Positions 56,602-64,000 of a DNA stretch of 64,000 nucleotides are shown here, one piece after another. Position numbers and translations under genes: made by a program. The stretch lies in sequence record OR699282.2, one strand, 5' to 3'. The notes beneath the pieces are model-generated. The model saw nothing but the letters and a program-made list of their open reading frames with translations, ran no database searches and was not told the DNA's origin. The stretch comes from Escherichia phage BAU.Micro_ELP-22. Position 1 is the stretch's first letter, and each line of letters begins with the position of its first letter.

Positions 56602-58041
56602 ATGAAAAAATATACAATTGACACAAACGTACTACTATCTGACCCTAATGCATCTATTGCTTTTGATGGTGCTGCAATCATTCTACCATTTACAGTACTG
56701 GAAGAATTGGATTCAATTAAGAGTCGTAATGTAGATGTTTCACGCGATGCTCGTGTTGCTATTCGTAACATTGAAGCAATTATTGCAGATGCATCACATG
56801 ATGAGATTAGTAGTACTGGTGTTAATATTGCTGATGTTCATACCAATATGAATCCTGATAGCAAATTGTTTGTTATTACAAACGAAGAAGCTGAAGCACT
56901 AATTCGTACTAAAGGTTCAGAAGAGAAAGTTCAAACCCTTCTCAAAAGCACAGTACCTGATGATAAAATCATTCTGGTAGCTTTAGCAACAGAATCAGTA
57001 CTGGTAACTCGTGATATCAACATGCGTATCAAAGCACTAAGTTATGGTGTCGAGGTACAAGATTATCGCCATGATATTGTTATTGGTGATAGTGATTTGA
57101 TTCACATTGGTCAACACCATTTGGAAATTAATTTTTGGGAAGTATATAGCAACTTAACCAATACTAATATTCAATCCGAACAAGTTGGTCGTCGTTTGTA
57201 TCATTACATTTCTAAAAGCTTGATTGAACATTTGCTTCCACAAAATCTATGCATCGGTGATTATCTATATGATGATGCAGACGTATTATTTGTGTACGAA
57301 GGTCAATCAGCAATTGAGGAAGATGATGGAACACTAACACCAGAAGATATTTTGGTATTCCAAGATATTGGACAATCAGTAGCTTTACGTGCTAAAGTAT
57401 GGGATATTAAAGCAAAGAATATCCAACAAGCACTCGCCATCAACAGTATTCTCGATCCTGATGTACATCTAACAGTACTGCTAGGTTCTGCTGGTACTGG
57501 TAAAACACTAATTACGATTGCTACTGCATTAGAATTAGTACTGGAAAAACGTAAATACGACCGAATCATCTTCTCTAAAACTCAAGACTCACAGTTTGAA
57601 GATATTGGTTTCTTGCCAGGTTCAGAAGCAGAAAAAGTGATTCCATTCTGTGGAGCCGCAATTGACGCGTTAGAGTTTCTTCATAAAGATGATGCTAACC
57701 CACAAGGTAGTATTGAAGAGATTATGAAACGTAATGTTATTCAATTTAAAGCACTAAACTTTGTACGTGGACGTTCATTCACCAACACTATTCTAGTAGT
57801 TGATGAATTCCAAAACATTACACCTGCACAAGCCAAAACAATCTTGACACGAGCAGGATTAAACTGTAAAGTAGTAATTATGGGTAACTTGAGTCAGATT
57901 GACAGTAAGTTTATTAGTCCTGTTAACAGTGGTTTGACATATGTAACTGAGAAGTTTAAAGATTGGGCAGGTTGTCGTGTCATCGAACTAGAAGGTGTTG
58001 TTCGTTCACCACTTGCAGAATTTGCTGAAGAAAATATGTAA
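56602..58041 (+). CDS. phoH: PIN-domain / PhoH-like ATPase fusion protein
   Basis: N-terminal PIN-like YTIDTNVLLSDP...LEELD; C-terminal Walker A LLGSAGTGKTLITIA and Walker B-like ILVVDEFQN. Confidence 0.75.
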   Translation: MKKYTIDTNVLLSDPNASIAFDGAAIILPFTVLEELDSIKSRNVDVSRDARVAIRNIEAIIADASHDEISSTGVNIADVHTNMNPDSKLFVITNEEAEALIRTKGSEEKVQTLLKSTVPDDKIILVALATESVLVTRDINMRIKALSYGVEVQDYRHDIVIGDSDLIHIGQHHLEINFWEVYSNLTNTNIQSEQVGRRLYHYISKSLIEHLLPQNLCIGDYLYDDADVLFVYEGQSAIEEDDGTLTPEDILVFQDIGQSVALRAKVWDIKAKNIQQALAINSILDPDVHLTVLLGSAGTGKTLITIATALELVLEKRKYDRIIFSKTQDSQFEDIGFLPGSEAEKVIPFCGAAIDALEFLHKDDANPQGSIEEIMKRNVIQFKALNFVRGRSFTNTILVVDEFQNITPAQAKTILTRAGLNCKVVIMGNLSQIDSKFISPVNSGLTYVTEKFKDWAGCRVIELEGVVRSPLAEFAEENM

Positions 58042-58045
58042 TATT

Positions 58046-58078
58046 GTATGGGACATAATGTCCCATACATGATATAAT
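58046..58078 (+). promoter_or_regulatory. perfect palindrome overlapping extended -10 promoter
   Basis: GTATGGGACAT-a-ATGTCCCATAC (58046-58068), then TGaTATAAT (-10 hexamer 58073-58078); GGGACA sits at the -35 position. Confidence 0.5.
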
Positions 58079-58109
58079 GTTGTTATCATAATACAGAAGG
58101 AGATATAAA

Positions 58110-58307
58110 ATGGCTAAACAACCTAAGAAACAAGAACCAGTAGCAAAAGTTAAGAAAGAGAAAGTTATTCAATCTAAAGAACAACGTATGTACGAACAAC
58201 GTAAGAGTGAAACCCTATCCGGTCTACAAGCTCTACGCAAACAAGGTGTACTAACTCGTGCTCAATACCGTGAGATAGTAGCACAAAAAGGTTATTGGGG
58301 CATTTGA
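58110..58307 (+). CDS. small basic hypothetical protein
   Basis: 65 aa with AAGGAG RBS; lysine-rich. Confidence 0.55.
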   Translation: MAKQPKKQEPVAKVKKEKVIQSKEQRMYEQRKSETLSGLQALRKQGVLTRAQYREIVAQKGYWGI

Positions 58308-58401
58308 AGCAATAAACTGGAGTTCATGATAAATACTTTCATAAGAATAATAATACTTTTTATTAATTTAAAAAGAACTCCATGTGTTATTTCAGTTTTT
58401 C

Positions 58402-58429
58402 ATCCCTGTCTTTTGGCAGGGATTTTTTA
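58402..58429 (+). terminator. rho-independent terminator
   Basis: ATCCCTG-tcttttgg-CAGGGAT hairpin followed by TTTTTT. Confidence 0.7.
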
Positions 58430-58524
58430 TATCTATATCTTGACAAAAGGAACAAATCATGAGAACATGTATTAAAGGAAGAATGACTTTCCATTAGGTT
58501 ATTTTAACTTAAAGGAGATTTCAT

Positions 58525-59082
58525 ATGTTTTTTGACCAAACATTTACGTTGTATCACGATTCTGGTAAAGTTGAGATTATTGATAATCTGTTAGAGTACA
58601 TTGCGGAACATGACGGTATAGACCGTTTCCACAGTAAGATGAAATTCGATTTAGCTGAATTCAACAAAAAGAATCGTGAAACATTTTGGAAGAACCGTTT
58701 CTATTACGAAATGTTTCCAGAAAAGTTTGTGGGTTATTATCTTTGTACTGAAAAAGGATTACTTGTATCTCCTGATTTACTTATGGGTGAATACATGATA
58801 CTCTATAATGAGTACTGGGAACATAAACGTAAAGCTCGTGATACTGAATGGCGACATAAGCGTTCGTATATGTACAAACATAACCACTCACGATACAAGC
58901 GTCCTAAGACTCAACAAGAGCGTCGTATGGCTTGTGCAGTACTGAAGGATGAGGGGGAACCTGAAATACGTGGAAGACGTAAGATGCGTTCATTACCATC
59001 GTATTGGGACGATATCAGAACAAGACATAGTACTGGCTGGAAATACAGTACTAAACGTAAACATCAATACAAAGGGAGCTAA
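58525..59082 (+). CDS. hypothetical basic protein
   Basis: 185 aa with AAGGAG RBS; Arg/Lys-rich C-terminal half. Confidence 0.55.
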   Translation: MFFDQTFTLYHDSGKVEIIDNLLEYIAEHDGIDRFHSKMKFDLAEFNKKNRETFWKNRFYYEMFPEKFVGYYLCTEKGLLVSPDLLMGEYMILYNEYWEHKRKARDTEWRHKRSYMYKHNHSRYKRPKTQQERRMACAVLKDEGEPEIRGRRKMRSLPSYWDDIRTRHSTGWKYSTKRKHQYKGS

Positions 59083-59100
59083 TGCTCCCTAATTTTATAG

Positions 59101-59439
59101 GTGAACTTTATGAACAAAATTGACGTTACTGTAGTGATTGGTTATATTGAAATTGAACCGTGTGGCATTGATACCTTTATTGACACTCTTAATAAGTATC
59201 GTGCTGAATATAACGGTCCCATTAGTCTTTCACCAGACGGTGGTTACGGCGGGTTCGATGGATACAATGTAATTTGGACCAGAGAAGAAACTGACGAAGA
59301 ATATAATACACGAATTGAAGCTGAATCTAAAAGATGTGAAGAAATTGAACGTCAAGAAATGAAACACTTAATGAACAAGAAATCATTAAGTACCGAAGAG
59401 AAATCTAAACTGCTAAAATACATCAAGGATTACATGTAA
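59101..59439 (+). CDS. hypothetical protein
   Basis: GTG 59101 per track (ATG 59110 alternative). Confidence 0.5.
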   Translation: MNFMNKIDVTVVIGYIEIEPCGIDTFIDTLNKYRAEYNGPISLSPDGGYGGFDGYNVIWTREETDEEYNTRIEAESKRCEEIERQEMKHLMNKKSLSTEEKSKLLKYIKDYM

Positions 59440-60089
59440 TGAAAAATGTAACTCAAGAAAAGATTCTGTACCTTGCAAAGTACAATGGTGGTTTCAATAT
59501 CATTAGCCGTGAGTACAGTGGTAATTTGGCTAAGTTGATTGACAGTTTGTTAGAATTTGATTTCATTAAATGGGAAACTAATGAACTTTGGTACGAATAT
59601 GCTGGTCAGAAATGGGAAAGTGATTATGATAATGCAATACATTCATACACTATCACCAAAGCAGGTGAAGTTCGATTAGCCATTATGCGTTGTGCATATA
59701 CTTACAAAAATCATAAAGGTGAAGAAAAACATATTCGCAGAAATGAAGAGCTATTACTTCTCATGGAAGCAGCAAAAGTTACAATGCATGATTTGTTCCA
59801 CCACCCACGTTGGTATGAAAATCTAACAAAAGCAGAGTACAAAGCTTTACGTTACATTGATGAACAAAACAACAACCCAGTTGAAGTTGATGATGTTAGT
59901 GATGACGAACTAAGCCTCAAAAATGTATTTGAAAGTACCAGTACTGAAAGTATTACAGACATTTCTGTACAGATGGCACTAAAAGCAATGGAACTTTTCA
60001 AGACACAATATGAAGGACACAGTGCTGAAGAAGTAGAGCGTGAGTTCATTACACGCGTACAGATTGCATTGTTCCAATCGAAAAAGTAG
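59439..60089 (+). CDS. hypothetical protein
   Basis: 216-aa ORF. Confidence 0.55.
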   Translation: MKNVTQEKILYLAKYNGGFNIISREYSGNLAKLIDSLLEFDFIKWETNELWYEYAGQKWESDYDNAIHSYTITKAGEVRLAIMRCAYTYKNHKGEEKHIRRNEELLLLMEAAKVTMHDLFHHPRWYENLTKAEYKALRYIDEQNNNPVEVDDVSDDELSLKNVFESTSTESITDISVQMALKAMELFKTQYEGHSAEEVEREFITRVQIALFQSKK

Positions 60090-60293
60090 GATGATATGAA
60101 ATATGAACATCCGTGATGGGTTATCATATAAAGAAGCAGGTAAAGATGGTGTCAAAGTCTTTGCATTTGTGCACTTGACATGTTCGCTTTGTAATGCGAT
60201 AATATAAGTTCAGAAGAGATGGAACGTGAGTTCCTTACTTACATGAATGTTAAACTAGCCAAATGGCGTAAATCAATTCAATAGGTATTTTAA

Positions 60294-61265
60294 ATGAAAA
60301 CTAAAATTATTTCTGAACAAAAAATTGGCAATACTACAGTACTGAATCTTGAAGTTCAAGGTCTTAGTAATGTTCGTTCTCTTACGGTTTGTACTCAGAG
60401 AGATGATTTGACTGATTTCTATAGCTCAGAATACATGTCAGAAGAACCTTGGGATATGGGATGGTTGGACGGTAGTAGTTATATCAGTTCACGTTATAGT
60501 TTTGGTTCTCATGAAAATATTGAACAATTAAAAAATGAGTATATTAAACTCAGTGATACTATTGAAATGAAAGAAGAAGATTGTGTAGAACTTTTCATTT
60601 TTGAATTCGATGCCGGAAATGGTAATTCATTACTAGTAAGTAATATTGAAGAACATTTAATGTATCATGAAATTGAAGATGTAGATTTTGAAAGTATTAA
60701 AAATGTTGTTCATATGGTTGGTGGTAGTATTACTGATGATTCAGATATCGGTCATAATATTTCACTTTGCTTAATTTCTCATCCAAAAACTCGTGGTTTT
60801 AAAGTTCCACAAGATGAAACTTACGTGTCTGAAACTGCTGATGAAGGAATTTATCCTTGGAATGATTATGTAGAATACTATGGTCATTTCTGTTCTGATA
60901 CAAAAGAACTGAAAAAAGGCGAACAATATTTTGATATGTTCCGTGCTGCACAGCGTTTAGTACTGAATAATACTGAACTATTTCCTGATCGCGGCGAAGA
61001 AAATATGATTGATATTATCTTCAAGAACTATGATTATGTACAGAACATTCCTGATAATGTACATTTGGAATATGTTCACGGTTCTTCAAACAAATTCTAT
61101 AATATTGAATTGAATGCTCCAGTGTGTGAAGTAATTATTGAGTACGGTGCTATTGGTAAAACCAGTACTACTGATGGTGAAGAATTCGAAACTATTGAAG
61201 AAGCACGTAAGTTCTTCGAGAAGAAAGTAATTTCCAAAATTAAAAGTGGTTATAGCCCAAAATGA
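60294..61265 (+). CDS. hypothetical protein with C-terminal WGR-like domain
   Basis: C-terminal ~80 aa (YVHGSSNKFYNIELNAPVCEVIIEYGAIGKTSTTDGEEFETIEEARKFFEKKV) resembles the WGR domain of PARP-type proteins. Confidence 0.45.
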   Translation: MKTKIISEQKIGNTTVLNLEVQGLSNVRSLTVCTQRDDLTDFYSSEYMSEEPWDMGWLDGSSYISSRYSFGSHENIEQLKNEYIKLSDTIEMKEEDCVELFIFEFDAGNGNSLLVSNIEEHLMYHEIEDVDFESIKNVVHMVGGSITDDSDIGHNISLCLISHPKTRGFKVPQDETYVSETADEGIYPWNDYVEYYGHFCSDTKELKKGEQYFDMFRAAQRLVLNNTELFPDRGEENMIDIIFKNYDYVQNIPDNVHLEYVHGSSNKFYNIELNAPVCEVIIEYGAIGKTSTTDGEEFETIEEARKFFEKKVISKIKSGYSPK

Positions 61266-61642
61266 AAATCACACGCTTTGGTAAAACCTTTGAACTAAAC
61301 ATTGTTTCTGTTTATAAAAAAGGAAAATCAGGAAAGTTAAGCACTGATAATATTAGATTTGTTATTAGTGATTATTATGATATGTTTAATCAGGCATTTG
61401 AAGAAAATAAATTTGGTTTGATTTTATGTAAACCACAAAAACCGGAATTAGGTATTTTGGATTTAAGAACTGATAAGTCTGATTTTATTGGTAATCTTGA
61501 TATTATTGAATTTAAAGTTGATATATCAAAAGAACATTTTAGAGTTAAAAACTATAATTATTACAAAGTTGATATTAATTCTATCGAAGTACAAAACGTA
61601 CTTGATGAACTTATCAGTAATAATTCGTGTTTTACTAAATGA
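61262..61642 (+). CDS. hypothetical protein
   Basis: 126-aa ORF. Confidence 0.5.
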   Translation: MKITRFGKTFELNIVSVYKKGKSGKLSTDNIRFVISDYYDMFNQAFEENKFGLILCKPQKPELGILDLRTDKSDFIGNLDIIEFKVDISKEHFRVKNYNYYKVDINSIEVQNVLDELISNNSCFTK

Positions 61643-61887
61643 GAAAAAATATCATGAAAAATATATTCATTACATTAACAATATTTGTATCCATTATTCT
61701 CTGTGGTTGTGCTCCTAAAGTTGATGAGATGGATGCTGAAATCATCCGTCAAGGTTTAACAAAACTAAATCACCAAGGAACACTATACGCATGTCATACT
61801 ATGCGTCATGGACAAGATCTTAATCTCATGTGCAGGAAGATTGTGAATCGCAAACGTCTTAATACTGTTCCGAAGGATGCACAATGA
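61639..61887 (+). CDS. putative lipoprotein
   Basis: Hydrophobic leader then cysteines (IFITLTIFVSIILCGCAPK), lipobox-like. Confidence 0.45.
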   Translation: MRKNIMKNIFITLTIFVSIILCGCAPKVDEMDAEIIRQGLTKLNHQGTLYACHTMRHGQDLNLMCRKIVNRKRLNTVPKDAQ

Positions 61888-62053
61888 AAGAAGTAATTGG
61901 CTACAAATGTAAAAATTGTGGCAAAGATAAGGGTAAGCATTCAGTACAAGGAATGGCTTGCCCGAATCCAGGTCGTGGTAATTTCAGAGGGTTCAGTACT
62001 GAAAAGTCTTACGAGCCGGATCATACCAAACCTGTAATGGGTTATAAATTATG
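61884..62053 (+). CDS. small cysteine-rich (zinc-ribbon-like) protein
   Basis: 56-aa ORF below track cutoff (MKEVIGYKCKNCGK...MACPNPG), start/stop coupled on both sides. Confidence 0.35.
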
Positions 62054-62410
62054 AGTGATTATGTAGCATTTCTTCATCGCTTTGGAGAAGCTAAAGAAAA
62101 ACATATTATCCGTATGCCATTATATGGTGAAAAAGACTGGTACAAAAGTACTATCAGTGTAGGTGCATTTCGTGACCGTGAAGCTGGATTCTTTCTGGGT
62201 AAGAAACATGAACGAGAGGTACTTTGCTCACTGTGGCGTTTGGATGAATGGGATAGTGAGAACGTAAGAACTGCTGAATCAATGCTGGCTATTGTTGGTA
62301 TTGCGAACTATCAGCATCCATATGACCTATTACCTACATTTGAACATGCTTCTTTGTTTGACTTTTACAAAGCAGTAGGGTATGATTATAAAAAGAAACG
62401 TTACATTTAA
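62051..62410 (+). CDS. hypothetical protein
   Basis: 119-aa ORF. Confidence 0.5.
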   Translation: MSDYVAFLHRFGEAKEKHIIRMPLYGEKDWYKSTISVGAFRDREAGFFLGKKHEREVLCSLWRLDEWDSENVRTAESMLAIVGIANYQHPYDLLPTFEHASLFDFYKAVGYDYKKKRYI

Positions 62411-62455
62411 TATCAGTACTGTCATAATGGCAGTACTTTTTAATTGGAGATTACT

Positions 62456-63070
62456 ATGACTACATCGGAAAAGTACTGGTGGATTTTGGCTCATCCCAAA
62501 TTCATAAACAAAGATATGGTTCCAGCTAGGATTGATATAGAACCTCATGATGTGTGTCCAATGACAAATCGAATTGAAGATTTCAAAGCATTGAATACAA
62601 AGACTCAATTTTGGGTAGAATTTCTTTCACCAATGTATATTGAGCAAGACGACGAATGGGTACAAGCACATGATTATCAATTGGATTGTGGTGGTGATAC
62701 GTATGAAGAGGCGATTGAAAAATTATACAAAAATGTGCTAAACACATATGGTAATTACACCCAACAAGAAGCAGATAACACATTTAATAAGATCCATGCA
62801 TTCAAATCTACTCCATCAATTTTTAATCCCACTAAAACTGTTTGGGAGGAACGACACAGTTGGAGTTCATGTGTAATCGATGAAGAAACCAAAGAAAAAA
62901 TCATCGATGATATAAAAAATTTAAAAAATACGATAGAAGCCTTGCGTGAATTCATAATGTCTTGTACAATAGAACAACAGAAAGAGGCAAAGATACATTT
63001 GGAGAGTGAAGAATGTAAACTTTGGGTTCTAGAGAAATCTATTGAAAAGGGTATAGACTTAGACTTATGA
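62456..63070 (+). CDS. hypothetical protein
   Basis: ATG 62456 with GGAG RBS preferred over track start 62444. Confidence 0.5.
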   Translation: MTTSEKYWWILAHPKFINKDMVPARIDIEPHDVCPMTNRIEDFKALNTKTQFWVEFLSPMYIEQDDEWVQAHDYQLDCGGDTYEEAIEKLYKNVLNTYGNYTQQEADNTFNKIHAFKSTPSIFNPTKTVWEERHSWSSCVIDEETKEKIIDDIKNLKNTIEALREFIMSCTIEQQKEAKIHLESEECKLWVLEKSIEKGIDLDL

Positions 63071-63435
63071 ATAGTAAATTGGAGAAACTAATCGAAGAAT
63101 TACGCCAGATGCCACCTATTGAACAAGTAGGAAATTACAAACGGTATCGTGTTATTGCTCGTGCACTTGATAAAAAAGGTAGAGTACTGGCAACTCGCAC
63201 AAATTCTTATACACAGACTCACCCAGTACAGAAGGGTTTCGCCATTCGTGCTGGGCGACCGCAAGGTGAGTTTCTTCATGCTGAAATTTCATGTTTACTG
63301 GCTGCTCGTACTGATGTTCATACTTTACTGATTGCACGGATAAGTAAAGATGGAATTCCTGTTCCGGCTAAACCATGTGAAATTTGCTCATTAGCAATAA
63401 AAGAATATGGGGTGAAAGAGATTATCCACACATGA
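63067..63435 (+). CDS. small CDA-fold zinc-dependent deaminase-like protein
   Basis: Zinc-ligand signature HAE (FLHAEISCLLAA) and PCxxC (PAKPCEICSLAI) with spacing typical of the cytidine/dCMP deaminase fold; 122 aa. Confidence 0.55.
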   Translation: MNSKLEKLIEELRQMPPIEQVGNYKRYRVIARALDKKGRVLATRTNSYTQTHPVQKGFAIRAGRPQGEFLHAEISCLLAARTDVHTLLIARISKDGIPVPAKPCEICSLAIKEYGVKEIIHT

Positions 63436-63653
63436 AAATTGAAAGATATGCTAAGCATACTGTTGGGTGTGTAAATGATATATTCTATTATTATATTTTT
63501 GCACCTGAACTACGTTTTCAAATCACAACATACAATGATGGCAGATTTAAAGATACAAACTTCCTCATAACCGACTTAGCAAAGTATGCGAATACAGAAC
63601 ATTTTAATCATTTAGTATTTGTGTACTGTATACCAAACCCAAATAAAAAGTAG
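63432..63653 (+). CDS. hypothetical protein
   Basis: ATG 63432 overlapping upstream stop (ATGA). Confidence 0.45.
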   Translation: MKIERYAKHTVGCVNDIFYYYIFAPELRFQITTYNDGRFKDTNFLITDLAKYANTEHFNHLVFVYCIPNPNKK

Positions 63654-63663
63654 GAGATTAAAA

Positions 63664-64000
63664 ATGGCTAAAACAATTTCTTTAAAAAATGAAAATGTAG
63701 GACAACGCAAAGATGGTTTCTTTGGTTTTTCTTGGACAACATTATTCTTTGGACCGTTCCCTGCATTGTTTCGTGGTGACTTTATTACGTTCATCGGTGC
63801 ATTTGTAATTTACTTCATCCTCAACGCAGTGTCATTTTGGATTGTGGGTACAATTGCAATGGTTGTATGGGCATTTCTTTATAATAAGTACTACACCGTG
63901 AATCTCATCAAGAATGGGTATAAATTCAATGGCACACATGAAGAAAATGCTGAAGCTGCAATGGCTTTGCAAATTGATTTGAATAAAAACAACACAGTTG
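63664..64000 (+). CDS. membrane protein (3'-truncated at window end)
   Basis: AGGAG RBS 7 nt upstream of ATG 63664; open to window end; hydrophobic segments. Confidence 0.55.
   Translation, partial: MAKTISLKNENVGQRKDGFFGFSWTTLFFGPFPALFRGDFITFIGAFVIYFILNAVSFWIVGTIAMVVWAFLYNKYYTVNLIKNGYKFNGTHEENAEAAMALQIDLNKNNTV

Noticed and set aside
58329-58390. Long-range inverted repeat GGAGTTC...GAACTCC flanking an AT-rich 45-nt spacer
   Set aside because: 7-bp arms with a long AT-rich loop are expected by chance in this composition; the adjacent ATCCCTG/CAGGGAT hairpin with a T-run is the more convincing terminator.
1-64000. tRNA genes, group I introns, homing endonucleases and CRISPR arrays, which are plausible in a T4-like phage
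   Set aside because: No cloverleaf-compatible segments with T-loop GTTCRANYC and acceptor pairing found by eye; no GIY-YIG, HNH or LAGLIDADG ORFs; no regularly spaced direct repeats. A tRNAscan-SE or Infernal run would be needed to be sure.

Overview
This 64 kb window reads as the early/accessory region of a large, AT-rich, T4-like (Straboviridae-type) virulent phage. About 125 tightly packed, often start/stop-overlapping ORFs lie almost entirely on the + strand, with sigma70-like extended -10 promoters (TGATATAAT) and clear rho-independent terminators. Recognisable T4-type enzymes are RNA ligase 1 (RnlA), polynucleotide kinase/phosphatase (PseT), DNA ligase (gp30-like) and dCMP deaminase (Cd). 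Other recognisable products are ClpP, a secreted ClpP/S49-like protein, an HslV-like Ntn hydrolase, Sir2, a divergent Nudix, an NMNAT-like nucleotidyltransferase, a Dam-family N6A methyltransferase, PIN-PhoH, two metallophosphoesterases, a WGR-domain protein and a second small CDA-fold deaminase. The dominant unexplained feature is a tandem array of roughly 45 paralogous small ORFs (227-23977, with outliers) sharing a C-terminal [DE][DE]x[YF]FQxS-[TL]-[LIV]-[YH]-D motif, plus two smaller paralog families. A second signal is the strong excess of the palindrome AGTACT(G) across the window, in several reading frames. No rRNA, tRNA, CRISPR array or transposase was found. All calls are from reading the sequence and recalled family motifs; no database search was run.
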